Source of the DNA: Novosphingobium sp.
Lineage (GTDB): Bacteria; Pseudomonadota; Alphaproteobacteria; Sphingomonadales; Sphingomonadaceae
Assembly (NCBI GenBank): GCA_043756025.1
Contig: JAYURW010000094.1
Coordinates: forward strand, 13,789-77,788
Length of the DNA stretch: 64,000 nt
Direction: 5' to 3'
In this document: positions 20,601-31,272 of the stretch, one piece after another
Layout of the letters: the number at the start of each line of letters is the position of its first letter
Numbering within the stretch: the stretch's first letter is position 1
The notes under the pieces: model-generated
The model's input: only the letters and a program-made list of their open reading frames with translations
Told to the model about the DNA's origin: nothing
The model's database searches: none
Program-made: the position numbers and the translations under genes

Positions 20601-22946
20601 ATGACCGAGTTGCATCATGATCCGGTAAACCTTGCCAATTCCGACTCAAAGAGTCCGGCATCAGTTATCGACCCCGTCTGCGGAATGAGCGTCGATCCGG
20701 CGACCACGCCGCATGTTGCCACCCATGGCGGGGTTCACCACTACTTTTGTAGCGCAAATTGTCTCGCGAAGTTCAATGCGGATCCGGCGCGCTATCTGGT
20801 CGATGCGCCCCGCTCTGCAAAACCAGTGCCAGAGGGCGCTATCTGGACCTGCCCGATGCATCCGGAGGTCCAGCAGGCGGGGCCGGGAACTTGCCCGATC
20901 TGCGGCATGGCCTTGGAGCCAATGACGCCCACACTCGGCGATGGACCCTCTCCCGAATATGCCGACATGAAGCGGCGCTTCGTGATCGGCCTTATCTTCG
21001 CGATTCCAGTAGTCGCGCTTGAAATGGGCGGGCATTTGACCGGGCTGAGGCATTTTCTCGATGGCAACATCGGCAATTTGATCCAGATGGTGCTGGCAAC
21101 GCCGGTGGTCCTATGGGCTGGTTGGCCGTTTTTCGAACGCGGTTGGGCGTCAGTGAAAAGCCGTCACCTCAATATGTTCACCCTGATCGCGATGGGAACC
21201 GGCGTCGCGTGGGCCTACAGCATGGCAGCAACACTTGCGCCGGGAATATTCCCAGATGCTTTCCGCGCGGCCGATGGCGCAGTTTCGGTCTATTTTGAAG
21301 CGGCGGCGGTCATCACTGTGTTGGTCTTGCTTGGCCAATTGCTCGAACTGCGCGCCCGCGAGACGACTAGCGGCGCAATCCGTGCGCTGCTTGATCTTTC
21401 CCCCAAGCTAGCACGCCGGGTCCGCGCAGACGGCAGCGACGAGGAAATAACTCTCGATCAGGTGCTGCTTGGTGACAAGCTGCGCGTCCGTCCAGGCGAG
21501 AAGGTGCCAGTCGACGGCGTAGTGCTCGAAGGACGCGGGACGGTCGATGAATCGATGGTGACGGGCGAATCCATGCCAGTAACCAAAGCGGCTGCATCGA
21601 AGCTGATTGGCGGCACGATCAATCAGACTGGCGGCCTTGTGATGCGGGCTGACAAGATCGGGCGCGACACCATGCTCGCGCGAATTGTCCAGATGGTCGC
21701 CGACGCACAGCGCAGCCGTGCTCCGATCCAGCGACTGGCGGATACGGTTTCGGGTTGGTTCGTGCCTGCGGTGATTGCAGTCGCGGCGATAGCGTTCGTT
21801 GTGTGGTCGCTGATCGGCCCAGTCCCGGCGATGGGCTATGGACTGATCGCAGCCGTTGCCGTTCTCATCATCGCCTGCCCTTGCGCGCTCGGTCTTGCGA
21901 CCCCAATGTCGATCATGGTTGGCGTAGGCCGCGGCGCGCAGGCCGGAATTTTGATCAAGAACGCCGAGGCGCTTGAGCGCATGGAGAAGGTCGATACACT
22001 CGTCGTAGACAAGACCGGCACGCTGACCGAGGGTAAGCCAGCCGTCGTTGCCATCGAGACAGCCGCAGGGTTCGACAAAGCTGAAGTGCTGCGCCTTGCC
22101 GCGAGCCTGGAGCGGAGCAGCGAGCATCCGCTTGCGCTCGCCATCGTCAAGGCTGCCAAAGAGCAGAACCTTGCGGTGAGCGAGCCTAGCGAGGTCGATC
22201 AACCGGTTGGCAAGGGTATCACGGGTACAGTCGATGGGCACCGGATCGTTGCTGGCAATGCCCGGTTTCTGGAAGAGCAAAACATCCCGACGGCCGAGTT
22301 GGCCGAGCGTGCCAATCATCTTCGCGCCGAAGGAGCGACGGCGATCTACCTTGGCGTCGATGGCAAAATCGCGGGCGCGATTGGCATCGCCGATCCGGTC
22401 AAGGCATCAACCCCTGCGGCACTCAAGGCTTTGCGCGAGGCTGGTATTCACGTCATCATGCTGACCGGAGACAACCGCGTCACCGCCGAGGCCATCGCGC
22501 GGAGGCTCGGGATTGATGACATCGAGGCCGATGTCCTTCCCGACCAGAAGAGCGCAATCGTTAAGCGTTTGCGGGACGAGGGCCGGATCGTGGCCATGGC
22601 GGGCGACGGGGTCAACGACGCGCCGGCGCTCGCCGCTGCCGATGTCGGCATTGCAATGGGATCGGGCACCGATGTCGCGATCGAAAGCGCAGGCATCACT
22701 CTGCTCAAAGGCGATCTTACCGGAATCACCCGGGCTCGGCACTTGAGCCATGCAACCATGGCCAACATCCGGCAGAACTTGTTTTTTGCGTTTGCCTACA
22801 ACGTGGCGGGAATTCCGGTGGCGGCGGGTGCACTCTATCCGCTTTTTGGCCTGATGCTCTCACCTATCATTGCTGCGGCGGCAATGGCACTGTCCTCGGT
22901 TAGTGTGATCGGCAATTCGCTGCGCTTGAGGCGGATCGAACTTTGA
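20601..22946 (+). CDS. copA: Cu(I)/Ag(I) P1B-type ATPase with YHS and CPMHP metal-binding domains
   Basis: DPVCGM..YFCS, WTCPMHP..CPICGM, TGES, CPC, DKTGT, SEHP and GDGVND. Confidence 0.93.
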   Translation: MTELHHDPVNLANSDSKSPASVIDPVCGMSVDPATTPHVATHGGVHHYFCSANCLAKFNADPARYLVDAPRSAKPVPEGAIWTCPMHPEVQQAGPGTCPICGMALEPMTPTLGDGPSPEYADMKRRFVIGLIFAIPVVALEMGGHLTGLRHFLDGNIGNLIQMVLATPVVLWAGWPFFERGWASVKSRHLNMFTLIAMGTGVAWAYSMAATLAPGIFPDAFRAADGAVSVYFEAAAVITVLVLLGQLLELRARETTSGAIRALLDLSPKLARRVRADGSDEEITLDQVLLGDKLRVRPGEKVPVDGVVLEGRGTVDESMVTGESMPVTKAAASKLIGGTINQTGGLVMRADKIGRDTMLARIVQMVADAQRSRAPIQRLADTVSGWFVPAVIAVAAIAFVVWSLIGPVPAMGYGLIAAVAVLIIACPCALGLATPMSIMVGVGRGAQAGILIKNAEALERMEKVDTLVVDKTGTLTEGKPAVVAIETAAGFDKAEVLRLAASLERSSEHPLALAIVKAAKEQNLAVSEPSEVDQPVGKGITGTVDGHRIVAGNARFLEEQNIPTAELAERANHLRAEGATAIYLGVDGKIAGAIGIADPVKASTPAALKALREAGIHVIMLTGDNRVTAEAIARRLGIDDIEADVLPDQKSAIVKRLRDEGRIVAMAGDGVNDAPALAAADVGIAMGSGTDVAIESAGITLLKGDLTGITRARHLSHATMANIRQNLFFAFAYNVAGIPVAAGALYPLFGLMLSPIIAAAAMALSSVSVIGNSLRLRRIEL

Positions 22947-23036
22947 ACGAGCGTTCCTGCTCATGAACCGAATTTACGTTCCCGCGAAAACGGCATGGCC
23001 TCGCGCGTGGATACGCTGGCCAGCTATGCGCTCCGG

Positions 23037-25469
23037 CTAGTTGACCGCAAGCGGGCAGGGATTTGCCCCTGCCCCATCCACGATCCTGACGCTGCGCAAG
23101 GTTGCGATAAACCCGCGCCCGGCTGTGAGTTTGAGCGGCTCGCCAACTGTCATAAGGTTCGCGCCGCCATTTTTGAAGCAGCGCAGCGCGATCCGCGTTT
23201 CGGCCAAGCTGCCAAGTTTCAACGCCCGCACCGGCTTGCTCAGATCAAGCGTCGCCCCGCCCAGTGAGAGCCGCACCGGACCGGTGCCCAGCCGGTCAAT
23301 CCGCCATTCAAGTTGCAGCGCCGCGCCTTGATCTGCCCGCGCGGTTAGGTTCACCGGGTTGCCCTGAATCGCCAAACTGCCTGGCCCGTTCCAACTGAAC
23401 TGACGGCCATCCTCTTGCGCGGTCAGATCAACCGCCCGGCTGGTGATCGAACCATCGCTGGAGAAATACCATGGCGCCGGGGCCTTGCCGCGCAGGAAAA
23501 AGATCGCGGCGTTGTCAAACGCGGACAGATCCAGCCGGGGGTCTTCATTAACCCGGCCAAGGCTGAGCATTTGGCCATAACCAAGCCCGTATCCAACCGG
23601 GAACAAGGGCGCCTGCATCGGCGAACGGGCATCGGCGGGCCAGGCAAACGGCAGCTTTCCCGTGAACGCGCGCGGCGCGGTGCCGCCCGCACCGGCGATC
23701 AGCACATCAGCCACCCCGGCGCCTTGCGTCCCCGGCAACCACGCCGCCACGAACGCATCGGCCTGATTGATCAGCGCGCCGGTGAACAGCGGTCGGCCCG
23801 ACAGGAACACCACCACAACTGGAATCCCCTGTGCCTTGAGCCGCGCAATCAGCTGCGTTTCGCCGTGCTGCTGCGGAAAGGCCAGATGCGGCAGATCGCC
23901 TTGAAATTCGGCATAGGGGTTTTCACCGATAACCACGATCGCGATGTTGGGCTTGGCCGTGAAAGCACCATCGGCGGCGATTTCAGTTTTGCCGCCAGCC
24001 GCGCCAACCGCAGCGACGATCGCCCGGCCGATGGTCTGGCCGTTGGGGAAATCGGCAGCGGTGGTATCGGTGCCTTGCCAGGTGATCGTCCAGCCGCCGG
24101 CCTGCATCGCCATATTGTCTGCGCCTGCCCCTGCGACCAACACCCGTGAGCCCGGCTTGACTGGCAGGAGCCCGGCTTCATTCTTGAGCAGGACCAGCGA
24201 TTTGGCCGCAGCCTCACGCGCCAGCGACAGATGCTGCGGCGCGCCGACTTGCGCCGGGTCACCGCGCTCGATCCGATTTGGCCCCATCAGCCCGAGTTTA
24301 AATTTGACCCGCAGCACCCGGCGGACCGCATCGTCCAATCGGGCCGCCGGGATCCGGCCATCGCGGGCGGCGGCCAGCGTGGTCCCGAACAGCGCTTTCC
24401 AGGTATCGGGGGCCATGAACAGATCGAGCCCAGCATTGATCGCGGCGGGGCAATCGGTGTTGGAACAACCGGTCACCTGACCGTGGCCATTCCAATCGCC
24501 GACCACCAGCCCGGTGAAGCCCATTCGCCCTTTCAGGACATCGGTCAGCAGGCTGCGGTTGCCGTGGTGTTTGGCGCCGTTCCAGCTGGAAAAGCTGGCC
24601 ATGACGGTCAAGGCCCCGGCGTCAATCGCAGCGGGATAGCCGGGCGCGTGGAGCGCAATCAGTTCAGCTTCGGGAATGCGGGCATCGCCCTGATCGCGGC
24701 CATCGGCAGTGCCGCCATCGGCCAGAAAGTGCTTGGCGGTGGCGGCAACACGGTTGGCGGGCAACGGGCGGCCTGCGGCCAGTTCGCCCTGCAGGCCCAG
24801 CGTCATCGCGCGGCCATAGCGGGCAACCAGTGCGGGGTCTGACGAATAGCCTTCATAACTACGGCCCCACCGGACATCCTGCGGAACGGCCAGCGTCGGC
24901 GCGAAAGTCCACTCGATCCCGCTGCCAGCAATCTCAACAGCTGTCGCAGCGCCGATCCGCTCAATCAAATCGGGATCATGCGCTGCGCCAAGACCAATGT
25001 TGTGGGGAAAGATCGTCGCCGATGGCAAGTTCGAATGGCCGTGGACCGCATCGACCCCGAACAGGATCGGAATACCCGCGCCGCTGCTGCGCGATGCCGC
25101 GCGGAATTCGCCGACCAACTGATGCCATTTCGCGGCACTGGCACGTTCATCGCCATAGGGACCGGAATTGCCGCCAGCGAGGATCGAGCCGAGCGGATAG
25201 CGGGCCAGATCGCCCGGGGTGATCGCACTGATATCGGCCTGAATCAGTTGGCCAACCTTCTGATCCAGCGTCATCTTCGCCAGAATTGCGTCAATCTGGC
25301 CCTCTGTGGCGGGATCAGTCAGCGCTGCCGGGCTGTTTGCCGCTGGCCACGAAGCCGGGTTAGCGGTGGCCGCTACCGCTGAAGAACTGTCTAGCCTGGC
25401 CCCTGCGGCCAGTGCAGCACAACCGCTCAAGGCCAGCGCCGCTACGCCAATCGCTGTATTGAAACGCAT
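23037..25469 (-). CDS. GH3 exo-beta-glucosidase (exported, possible lipoprotein) with a C-terminal accessory domain
   Basis: LSGC lipobox-like, DAVHGH, WGRSYEGYS, KHFLADGG, VVGDWNG and YAEFQGD. Confidence 0.92.
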   Translation of the reverse strand: MRFNTAIGVAALALSGCAALAAGARLDSSSAVAATANPASWPAANSPAALTDPATEGQIDAILAKMTLDQKVGQLIQADISAITPGDLARYPLGSILAGGNSGPYGDERASAAKWHQLVGEFRAASRSSGAGIPILFGVDAVHGHSNLPSATIFPHNIGLGAAHDPDLIERIGAATAVEIAGSGIEWTFAPTLAVPQDVRWGRSYEGYSSDPALVARYGRAMTLGLQGELAAGRPLPANRVAATAKHFLADGGTADGRDQGDARIPEAELIALHAPGYPAAIDAGALTVMASFSSWNGAKHHGNRSLLTDVLKGRMGFTGLVVGDWNGHGQVTGCSNTDCPAAINAGLDLFMAPDTWKALFGTTLAAARDGRIPAARLDDAVRRVLRVKFKLGLMGPNRIERGDPAQVGAPQHLSLAREAAAKSLVLLKNEAGLLPVKPGSRVLVAGAGADNMAMQAGGWTITWQGTDTTAADFPNGQTIGRAIVAAVGAAGGKTEIAADGAFTAKPNIAIVVIGENPYAEFQGDLPHLAFPQQHGETQLIARLKAQGIPVVVVFLSGRPLFTGALINQADAFVAAWLPGTQGAGVADVLIAGAGGTAPRAFTGKLPFAWPADARSPMQAPLFPVGYGLGYGQMLSLGRVNEDPRLDLSAFDNAAIFFLRGKAPAPWYFSSDGSITSRAVDLTAQEDGRQFSWNGPGSLAIQGNPVNLTARADQGAALQLEWRIDRLGTGPVRLSLGGATLDLSKPVRALKLGSLAETRIALRCFKNGGANLMTVGEPLKLTAGRGFIATLRSVRIVDGAGANPCPLAVN

Positions 25470-25492
25470 TTCTTCCCCACCCGGTCATTCTT

Positions 25493-25507
25493 GTGAACGT
25501 TATCATT
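25493..25507. promoter_or_regulatory. LacI-type operator upstream of the GH3 gene
   Basis: GTGAACGTTATCATT, identical to the reverse complement of 35206-35220. Confidence 0.75.
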
Positions 25508-25540
25508 CGCATGGGTCGGACTGGAAATCAAGCAGGCGCT

Positions 25541-26746
25541 TCAGCCTTCGCGGGCAACCGTAAACAGCAACAGACTTGCCCCCATCGCCAGCACCGCCAG
25601 GATCAGAAACAATGCCTGAAACCCGAAGGCTGGGACCAGTCCAATCGCCAGCCAGGGCATTATCAGCGACGGCACGGTGTTGGTCAGATTGAACAGGCCC
25701 AGATCGCGGCCACGCCGTTCGGGCCGCAGCAGGATCCGCAAGGTTTGCGATGAATGCAGCGCCAGAAACACCGCGCTGGCAAGGCCGAACAAGGCATAGC
25801 CCGCCATTGCCGCCGTCAGCGTGCCCGCCGCCGCCATCGCCAGCAAACCGGCAGCCGAAAAGCAGGCCGACACCGCCAGCGGCAGCATCGGGCGATCGGC
25901 CCGGTCAGACCAGCGCCCAACAGCCAAAGCAAGCGGCGCCGACACCAGCATGATCGCGCTGAACAGCCGCGCGGTCTGGTTTTCGCCCACCGCCGGATCA
26001 AGGCTGCGCAGCCAGAACAGCAGATAGGCAAATAGCGTTGCTTCGGCCACTTGGACCGCCAGCCGCGCGGTCCACATCCGCAGGAGAATGCTGCGCGGAC
26101 GGGTTTGGTCCAATGGCGGATCGAGTGGTTGAGGTTCGGTGACTTCGGACAGGGCTTCCAAGCCCGCTCCGCGCGGGGCAAACAGCAGGATCGGCACCAC
26201 GCAGGAGGCGACTATCAAAGCGACCAGCACCAGCCGCTGCCCCCCCTCGGCCAAACCCGGCTGAGTCACGATTGCACCCGAAAGCGCGCCCATCGCAGGC
26301 GCAAAAGCCATGAACCCGCCCAGCATTCCCTTGCACCGGTCGGGCACCTGGTCCCCCGCCCAAGCCGCCAGCGGGGCAAGCATCAGGTTGAGCGCCAATT
26401 GCCAGCAGACGATGGCGGCGATCAATTCGCTCAGCGATTGCGCCCGGCCAATCAGCGGCAGCAGCAGGCACGACAGCACCAGCCCGGCGGCGATCAAGCC
26501 CCGGCGATTGCGGGTAATGTCACTGAGGTAGCCAAAACCAATGCTGCCGACCGACGCCGCCAGTGCCCCGGCCAGTGCAATCTGCGCTAGCCAGCCGATC
26601 CCGGCCTCGCTCCCGGCCAAGGCTGCAACCCGGCCCGGCAGCAGGATCGTCAAAAGCGGCGTATAAGCCACTGCCCCGCCAGCCCAGGCCAGCGCATATA
26701 GCAGCATAAACCGATCGGGCCGCGGAGCCGCTTCGGCCTCAGCCAC
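25541..26746 (-). CDS. MFS transporter
   Basis: About 12 hydrophobic segments with GYLSDITRNRR and GRWSDRADR. GTG 26746 overlaps the lacI end. Confidence 0.85.
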   Translation of the reverse strand: MAEAEAAPRPDRFMLLYALAWAGGAVAYTPLLTILLPGRVAALAGSEAGIGWLAQIALAGALAASVGSIGFGYLSDITRNRRGLIAAGLVLSCLLLPLIGRAQSLSELIAAIVCWQLALNLMLAPLAAWAGDQVPDRCKGMLGGFMAFAPAMGALSGAIVTQPGLAEGGQRLVLVALIVASCVVPILLFAPRGAGLEALSEVTEPQPLDPPLDQTRPRSILLRMWTARLAVQVAEATLFAYLLFWLRSLDPAVGENQTARLFSAIMLVSAPLALAVGRWSDRADRPMLPLAVSACFSAAGLLAMAAAGTLTAAMAGYALFGLASAVFLALHSSQTLRILLRPERRGRDLGLFNLTNTVPSLIMPWLAIGLVPAFGFQALFLILAVLAMGASLLLFTVAREG

Positions 26747-27803
26747 GTTCCGCGCCGGATGGCGGCGCAACCGAGCCGCGCTCGACCATGGCCGCTGGAA
26801 TGATTGTCAGCGACGCCGGCGGCTCTTCGCCCTTTTGCGCGGCAATGATCAGTTCCACTGCCTTGGACGCCGTCGCCGCAATCGGTTGATCGACAGCGGT
26901 CAGCGGCGGCTGGGTAAAATGGACCAGTGGGGTGTTGTCAAAGCTGATCAACGAGAGGTCTTCAGGAACCCGCAGCCCGCGTTGCCGCGCGACTTCGAGC
27001 GTGGCCAGCGCCATCTGATCGTTGCTGGCGATGATCGCGCTGGGCGGCTGCGGGAGATCGAGCAACTGGCACGCGGCCCGTTCGCCCGAGGCATAAGAGA
27101 AATCGCCCGCCGCCAGCAGATCCGCCGTTGCCAGCCCGGCCTTGTCCATTTCAGCGCGCCAACCATCGACCCGCCAGCCGCTCAGTTCATATTCGGCCGA
27201 ACCGGCGATGAACCCGACCCGCCGGTGGCCGTGCTCGATCAGATAGCGAGCCGCGGTGCGGGCCGATCCTTCGTCGTCCATCGAAACCGGAATGCCCGAT
27301 CCAGTGCGCTTTGATCCGATCCGCGCAAACGGAATTTTCTGTGCAGTCAGCAGATCGACGATCTGCTGATTGTCGGAATGCGGCGGGGTCAGGATAATCC
27401 CATCGGGCTGCAGCGCCGCAATCGCGCCCAGCAATTCGCGTTCAACATGATCGCTGTGCGTATCGACCAGCTCAAAAATCATCCGGTAACCATGCTCGGC
27501 GCATTTCAGCATCCCGCCCAGCAGCATCTGATCGACCCAGTCGGTCCCCTGCCGGGCCTGCCAATCGGCAATCGTCCGTTCGCGGTCGTTGATCGCGAGG
27601 ATCAGGTAAGACCGCGAACCGCTCATCCGCTGGGCTGCGATTGACGGGACATAGCCCAGCTTGTCGATCGAAGCCTGAACCCGGGCTTTCATTTCCGCCC
27701 GGACGTTCGGTTCGCTGTTGATGACGCGGCTGACTGTCTGCAGCGACACGCCGGCATCGGCGGCCACGTGCTTGATCGTTACAGCCTGACGCCGCCTTGC
27801 CAT
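26739..27803 (-). CDS. LacI-family transcriptional regulator
   Basis: TIKHVAADAGVSLQTVSRVIN HTH plus a sugar-binding domain (SNDQMA, SFDN, PPLTAVDQP). Confidence 0.95.
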   Translation of the reverse strand: MARRRQAVTIKHVAADAGVSLQTVSRVINSEPNVRAEMKARVQASIDKLGYVPSIAAQRMSGSRSYLILAINDRERTIADWQARQGTDWVDQMLLGGMLKCAEHGYRMIFELVDTHSDHVERELLGAIAALQPDGIILTPPHSDNQQIVDLLTAQKIPFARIGSKRTGSGIPVSMDDEGSARTAARYLIEHGHRRVGFIAGSAEYELSGWRVDGWRAEMDKAGLATADLLAAGDFSYASGERAACQLLDLPQPPSAIIASNDQMALATLEVARQRGLRVPEDLSLISFDNTPLVHFTQPPLTAVDQPIAATASKAVELIIAAQKGEEPPASLTIIPAAMVERGSVAPPSGAERG

Positions 27804-27806
27804 GTT

Positions 27807-28751
27807 TTAAATGCCTCCTGCGCCCGGCGCGCTGGCTGTGGCCCTAGCTGCACTGGCTGGCTTTTGCCAGATGCGAACCCAATCGACTTCCATCCGCTTG
27901 GGATAGCCATCCAGCCGCACCCCGCCCAGTCCGCGTCCTTCGGGCAGTTTGCCGCCAATCGCCAGGTTGAGGATCAAGTGAAACGGCCGGTCAAACGGCG
28001 CGCCGGGGCTGGCCGATCCGGTGGTCGACCATTCGCTGGCGGTGCGGGTCGCATAGACTTTGCCATCGACCCGCCAGACAATCCGGTCAGAATACCATTC
28101 GGTGGTGTAAGTGTGGAACCCATCGAGCACTTCAGGGTAGGCAATCTCGGTGCTGGCTAGCTTGTTTTTGGGCCATTTCCCGCCGAAATGGAGCGTGCCC
28201 AGAATGGTGCTTTCGCGCCCGCCGGGGCACTTGGCGCACAGCACGCCCAGATTGACTGCTTCCAGAATATCGATCTCACCCGATGCAGCCCACGGGCCGT
28301 ATTTGGTCTTTTCGGGCAGCATCCAGATCGCTGGCCAGGTGCCTTGCCCTTGCGGCAACCGCGCGCGCACTTCGATTTTACCATAGCGCCAGGCCGCTTT
28401 GCCCCGGGTGGTCAGCCGGGCCGAGGAAAAATCACGGGCCGCCTGCGCATCGCGCTGGGCCGCCTGCCGCCGCTGGGCCAGTGGCAGGGCCGGGCCGGTG
28501 GTCCGTTCGTGCCGGGCAGTGATCACCAACTTGCCGTCTTCAATCCCCGCATTGCGCCCGCTTTTGGTATAGCACTGCCGTTCATCGTTGCCGCCGCCCC
28601 AGCAGTCTTCGTCATAGCCCCATTTGGCCCGGTCGATTTCGGTGCCGTCAAATTCGTCGGCCCAGACCAGCGTCCAGCCTTCGTCGCTGTGTGCCTGGGC
28701 CGGGCCGATTGCGGCCAGCGTTGCCAAACCTGCAAATTGCCACAGCTTCAT
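27807..28751 (-). CDS. GH16 endo-1,3-beta-glucanase (laminarinase-like), secreted
   Basis: Signal peptide from ATG 28751, WADEFDG, WPAIWML, catalytic GEIDILE and FHLILNLAIGG. Confidence 0.92.
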   Translation of the reverse strand: MKLWQFAGLATLAAIGPAQAHSDEGWTLVWADEFDGTEIDRAKWGYDEDCWGGGNDERQCYTKSGRNAGIEDGKLVITARHERTTGPALPLAQRRQAAQRDAQAARDFSSARLTTRGKAAWRYGKIEVRARLPQGQGTWPAIWMLPEKTKYGPWAASGEIDILEAVNLGVLCAKCPGGRESTILGTLHFGGKWPKNKLASTEIAYPEVLDGFHTYTTEWYSDRIVWRVDGKVYATRTASEWSTTGSASPGAPFDRPFHLILNLAIGGKLPEGRGLGGVRLDGYPKRMEVDWVRIWQKPASAARATASAPGAGGI

Positions 28752-30250
28752 GCCGCTTGTTCCTGCTTGGCCCCGCAATAACGCGCGACGTAATCGGCGT
28801 GGCTGGGCAGCCCGGCAACCGTCTGGCTGACCCCATCGCGGAGCCCCCCCAGAAAGTGGTCCAGCTCGTCCTGGCGCAACTTACTCGCGACCGGATGATA
28901 GGTACGCGGCATAATCCCCTGCCCCAGCATCACCTGAATCCAACTGGTCTCGGCAAACAGTTCCTCGTTCTTGCGGAACACCCGGCCGGTTTCGCGGAAC
29001 AGTTCAATCTTCTGCTCAAGGCTGCCCGGGATCGGCATATCCGCGCACTCCCGCCAGAACGGACTGTCGCGGCGATTGGTGACCTTGTAATGCAGGATCA
29101 GAAAATCGCGGATTTGCTCCATGTCGGCAAATTGCTGGTCATTGAATTCGGCGACATCGCGCTGGCTGACTTGGCCGCTTGCGGGCAGCATCCGGATCAG
29201 CCGCAGCACGGCGCGCTGGATCAGGTGGATGCTGGTCGATTCGAGCGGCTCCATAAACCCGCCCGATAACCCCACCGCCACGCAATTGCGGTGCCACTGC
29301 CTCCGCCGCACGCCAGTGGTGTAGCTGATGAAATTGGGCTCAGTCAGCGTGTCCCCCTCAACCGAACCCAGCAGCCGGTCGAGCGCGGACTGCTTGTCCA
29401 GGTAACGGCTGCAATAGACAATGCCGTTGCCCTGCCGGTGCTGCAGCGGGATCCGCCACTGCCAACCGGAATCGTGGGCAATCGCCCGGGTATAAGGCAC
29501 TGGCGGACGCACGCTGGCAGTCTGGACCGCGATAGCGTTGTCGCAGGGCAAATAGTTGGTCCAGTCATCGAACCCGGCCTGAAGCGCGCCTTCGATCAGC
29601 AGCGCGCGAAAGCCGGTGCAATCGATGAACAGGTCACCTTCGATCCGGCGGTCGCCATCAAGGATCAGCGCAGCGATATCGCCGCTTTCGCCGTCCAGCT
29701 CGACCGAGGCGATCCGGCCTTCGATCCGCTTGGCACCTTCGCTCTCGGCCCGTTTGCGCAGGAATTTTGCGTAGAGCGCGGAATCGAGTTGATAGGCGTA
29801 GTTCATCCGGTCTTCGGGCAAATGCGCGAATTTGCTTTCCAGCGCCGCTTTCAATTCGAGGCAGTATTCGTCAAAGCTGTGGTCATGGCCGCTGGCAAGC
29901 CCGTGCATCCAGAAGTGCTGGAACCCGGCCGACCAATGGTCTTTTCCGGCCGCGCCGAATGAGTGGAAATAGTTTTCACCCAGGTCCTTCCAGTTCTCAA
30001 ACTGGATGCCGAGCTTAAAAGTCGCCTGACAGGCCCGCATGAATTCGGGCTCGCCAATGCCGAGCAGGCGGTTGAACAGCTGCATTGGCGGGATCGTGCT
30101 TTCGCCGACCCCGATCGTGCCAATCGCATCGGATTCGACCAGCGTCAGATCGATCACCGGACCCAGCGTATTGGCCAGCGCCGCCGCAGTCATCCAGCCG
30201 GCCGTCCCGCCGCCCGCCACCACAACCCGCAGCTTGTCATTCCCGTTCAT
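28748..30250 (-). CDS. Flavin-dependent (tryptophan halogenase-family) halogenase
   Basis: GGGTAG, ATFKLGI (catalytic Lys), GWQWRIPL (WxWxIP) and FMEPLEST. Confidence 0.92.
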   Translation of the reverse strand: MNGNDKLRVVVAGGGTAGWMTAAALANTLGPVIDLTLVESDAIGTIGVGESTIPPMQLFNRLLGIGEPEFMRACQATFKLGIQFENWKDLGENYFHSFGAAGKDHWSAGFQHFWMHGLASGHDHSFDEYCLELKAALESKFAHLPEDRMNYAYQLDSALYAKFLRKRAESEGAKRIEGRIASVELDGESGDIAALILDGDRRIEGDLFIDCTGFRALLIEGALQAGFDDWTNYLPCDNAIAVQTASVRPPVPYTRAIAHDSGWQWRIPLQHRQGNGIVYCSRYLDKQSALDRLLGSVEGDTLTEPNFISYTTGVRRRQWHRNCVAVGLSGGFMEPLESTSIHLIQRAVLRLIRMLPASGQVSQRDVAEFNDQQFADMEQIRDFLILHYKVTNRRDSPFWRECADMPIPGSLEQKIELFRETGRVFRKNEELFAETSWIQVMLGQGIMPRTYHPVASKLRQDELDHFLGGLRDGVSQTVAGLPSHADYVARYCGAKQEQAA

Positions 30251-31272
30251 CGAGAAAGTCCTCTTAACAGTTTTGCCCGCAGTTGCCCGGCGGTATCGGC
30301 GGTCAGCGGGGCCAGCACCCCCTGTGCGTGATCGGGCAAATGCGCGCCCGCCTGATCACTCGGCCCGAATACATAGTGTTCAAACTGATCGCGCCAGCGC
30401 GCCTTTGCGTCACCGGGTAAATCGCGGATCGCAAGGATCGCGTGGAGCAGCGCGTCTTCGGGCTGGCCGAGATAGGGCGCCGCATCGCGCCACCAGTAAT
30501 TGACCAGCAGATTGAACGGCGCCAACCCTTCGACATGGTGCCACCACAGTGACGGCACGAACAGCGCGTCACCCGGTTCCAGCTCAGTCACCTGCGCCGC
30601 CGCCAAAGCCTCGGCAAAGCGCGGATAGGCGGTGAAGTCTGGCCGGTGCAGATCGACCATCGACACTGGCCGCCCGCCGGGATTGTTCTCCAGCGGGCCA
30701 GGATAAAGATTGGCGAATTGTTCGGGCGGAAACAGCGTAAAGCGCCGCCGCCCGGCTGCGCAGACCGTCAGATTATCGGGCACATCGTTGTGCGCCGCGA
30801 TCCGCGTGCGGCTGCCGATCCAGATGCTGGCAAGCGCCCGGCGGGTACCCAGCGGGACATGATTCGCTTCGCCCAGCCCGTCGAAATAGCCATCGATATC
30901 GATGGACGAGAGATAGACGGTCGGTGCCGCAGGATCGGCCTCAGCCCGTTCCAGCGCGGCCAGCCAATCTGCCAGCGGCCCCTGCGCCATGGTGAAATTC
31001 ATCGCCATGTCAGCGTCATAGAACAGCCGCGGATCGCCGCCGTTCTTGGCCAAGCTGGCTGGAAATGCGCGGTTGCGGGCATGGCTTGCGAGATAGGCCC
31101 GCGCCGCCGCGCCGCTTTGCCGGGCTGCGCTAACCAAGGGCCAATCGGCGGCCAACCCGCGCACTACAAATGGTTCGCTTGCCCCGGACAGCCGGGCATC
31201 GAGCGTGCCCGGCTCAATTACCTCTTCGGCGACGCGCGGCAGCGCGGCCAGCTGCGCCCGGTTTTCAGCCAT
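30247..31272 (-). CDS. Cupin-like JmjC (Pass1-type) Fe/2OG oxygenase-fold protein
   Basis: IWIG, AAHND (HxD), GRRRFTLFPP and LEPGDALFVPSLWWHHVE. Confidence 0.88.
   Translation of the reverse strand: MAENRAQLAALPRVAEEVIEPGTLDARLSGASEPFVVRGLAADWPLVSAARQSGAAARAYLASHARNRAFPASLAKNGGDPRLFYDADMAMNFTMAQGPLADWLAALERAEADPAAPTVYLSSIDIDGYFDGLGEANHVPLGTRRALASIWIGSRTRIAAHNDVPDNLTVCAAGRRRFTLFPPEQFANLYPGPLENNPGGRPVSMVDLHRPDFTAYPRFAEALAAAQVTELEPGDALFVPSLWWHHVEGLAPFNLLVNYWWRDAAPYLGQPEDALLHAILAIRDLPGDAKARWRDQFEHYVFGPSDQAGAHLPDHAQGVLAPLTADTAGQLRAKLLRGLSR

Noticed and set aside
22947-23036. Search for an attR copy of the tRNA-Ser 3' end or an integrase remnant
   Set aside because: No match to TCTCTCCGTCTCCGCCA and no recombinase motif seen, so no mobile element was called.
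28748-30250. Halogenase as part of a pyrrolnitrin- or rebeccamycin-type biosynthetic cluster
   Set aside because: No prnBCD, NRPS/PKS, flavin reductase or precursor peptide nearby; the context is carbohydrate uptake.
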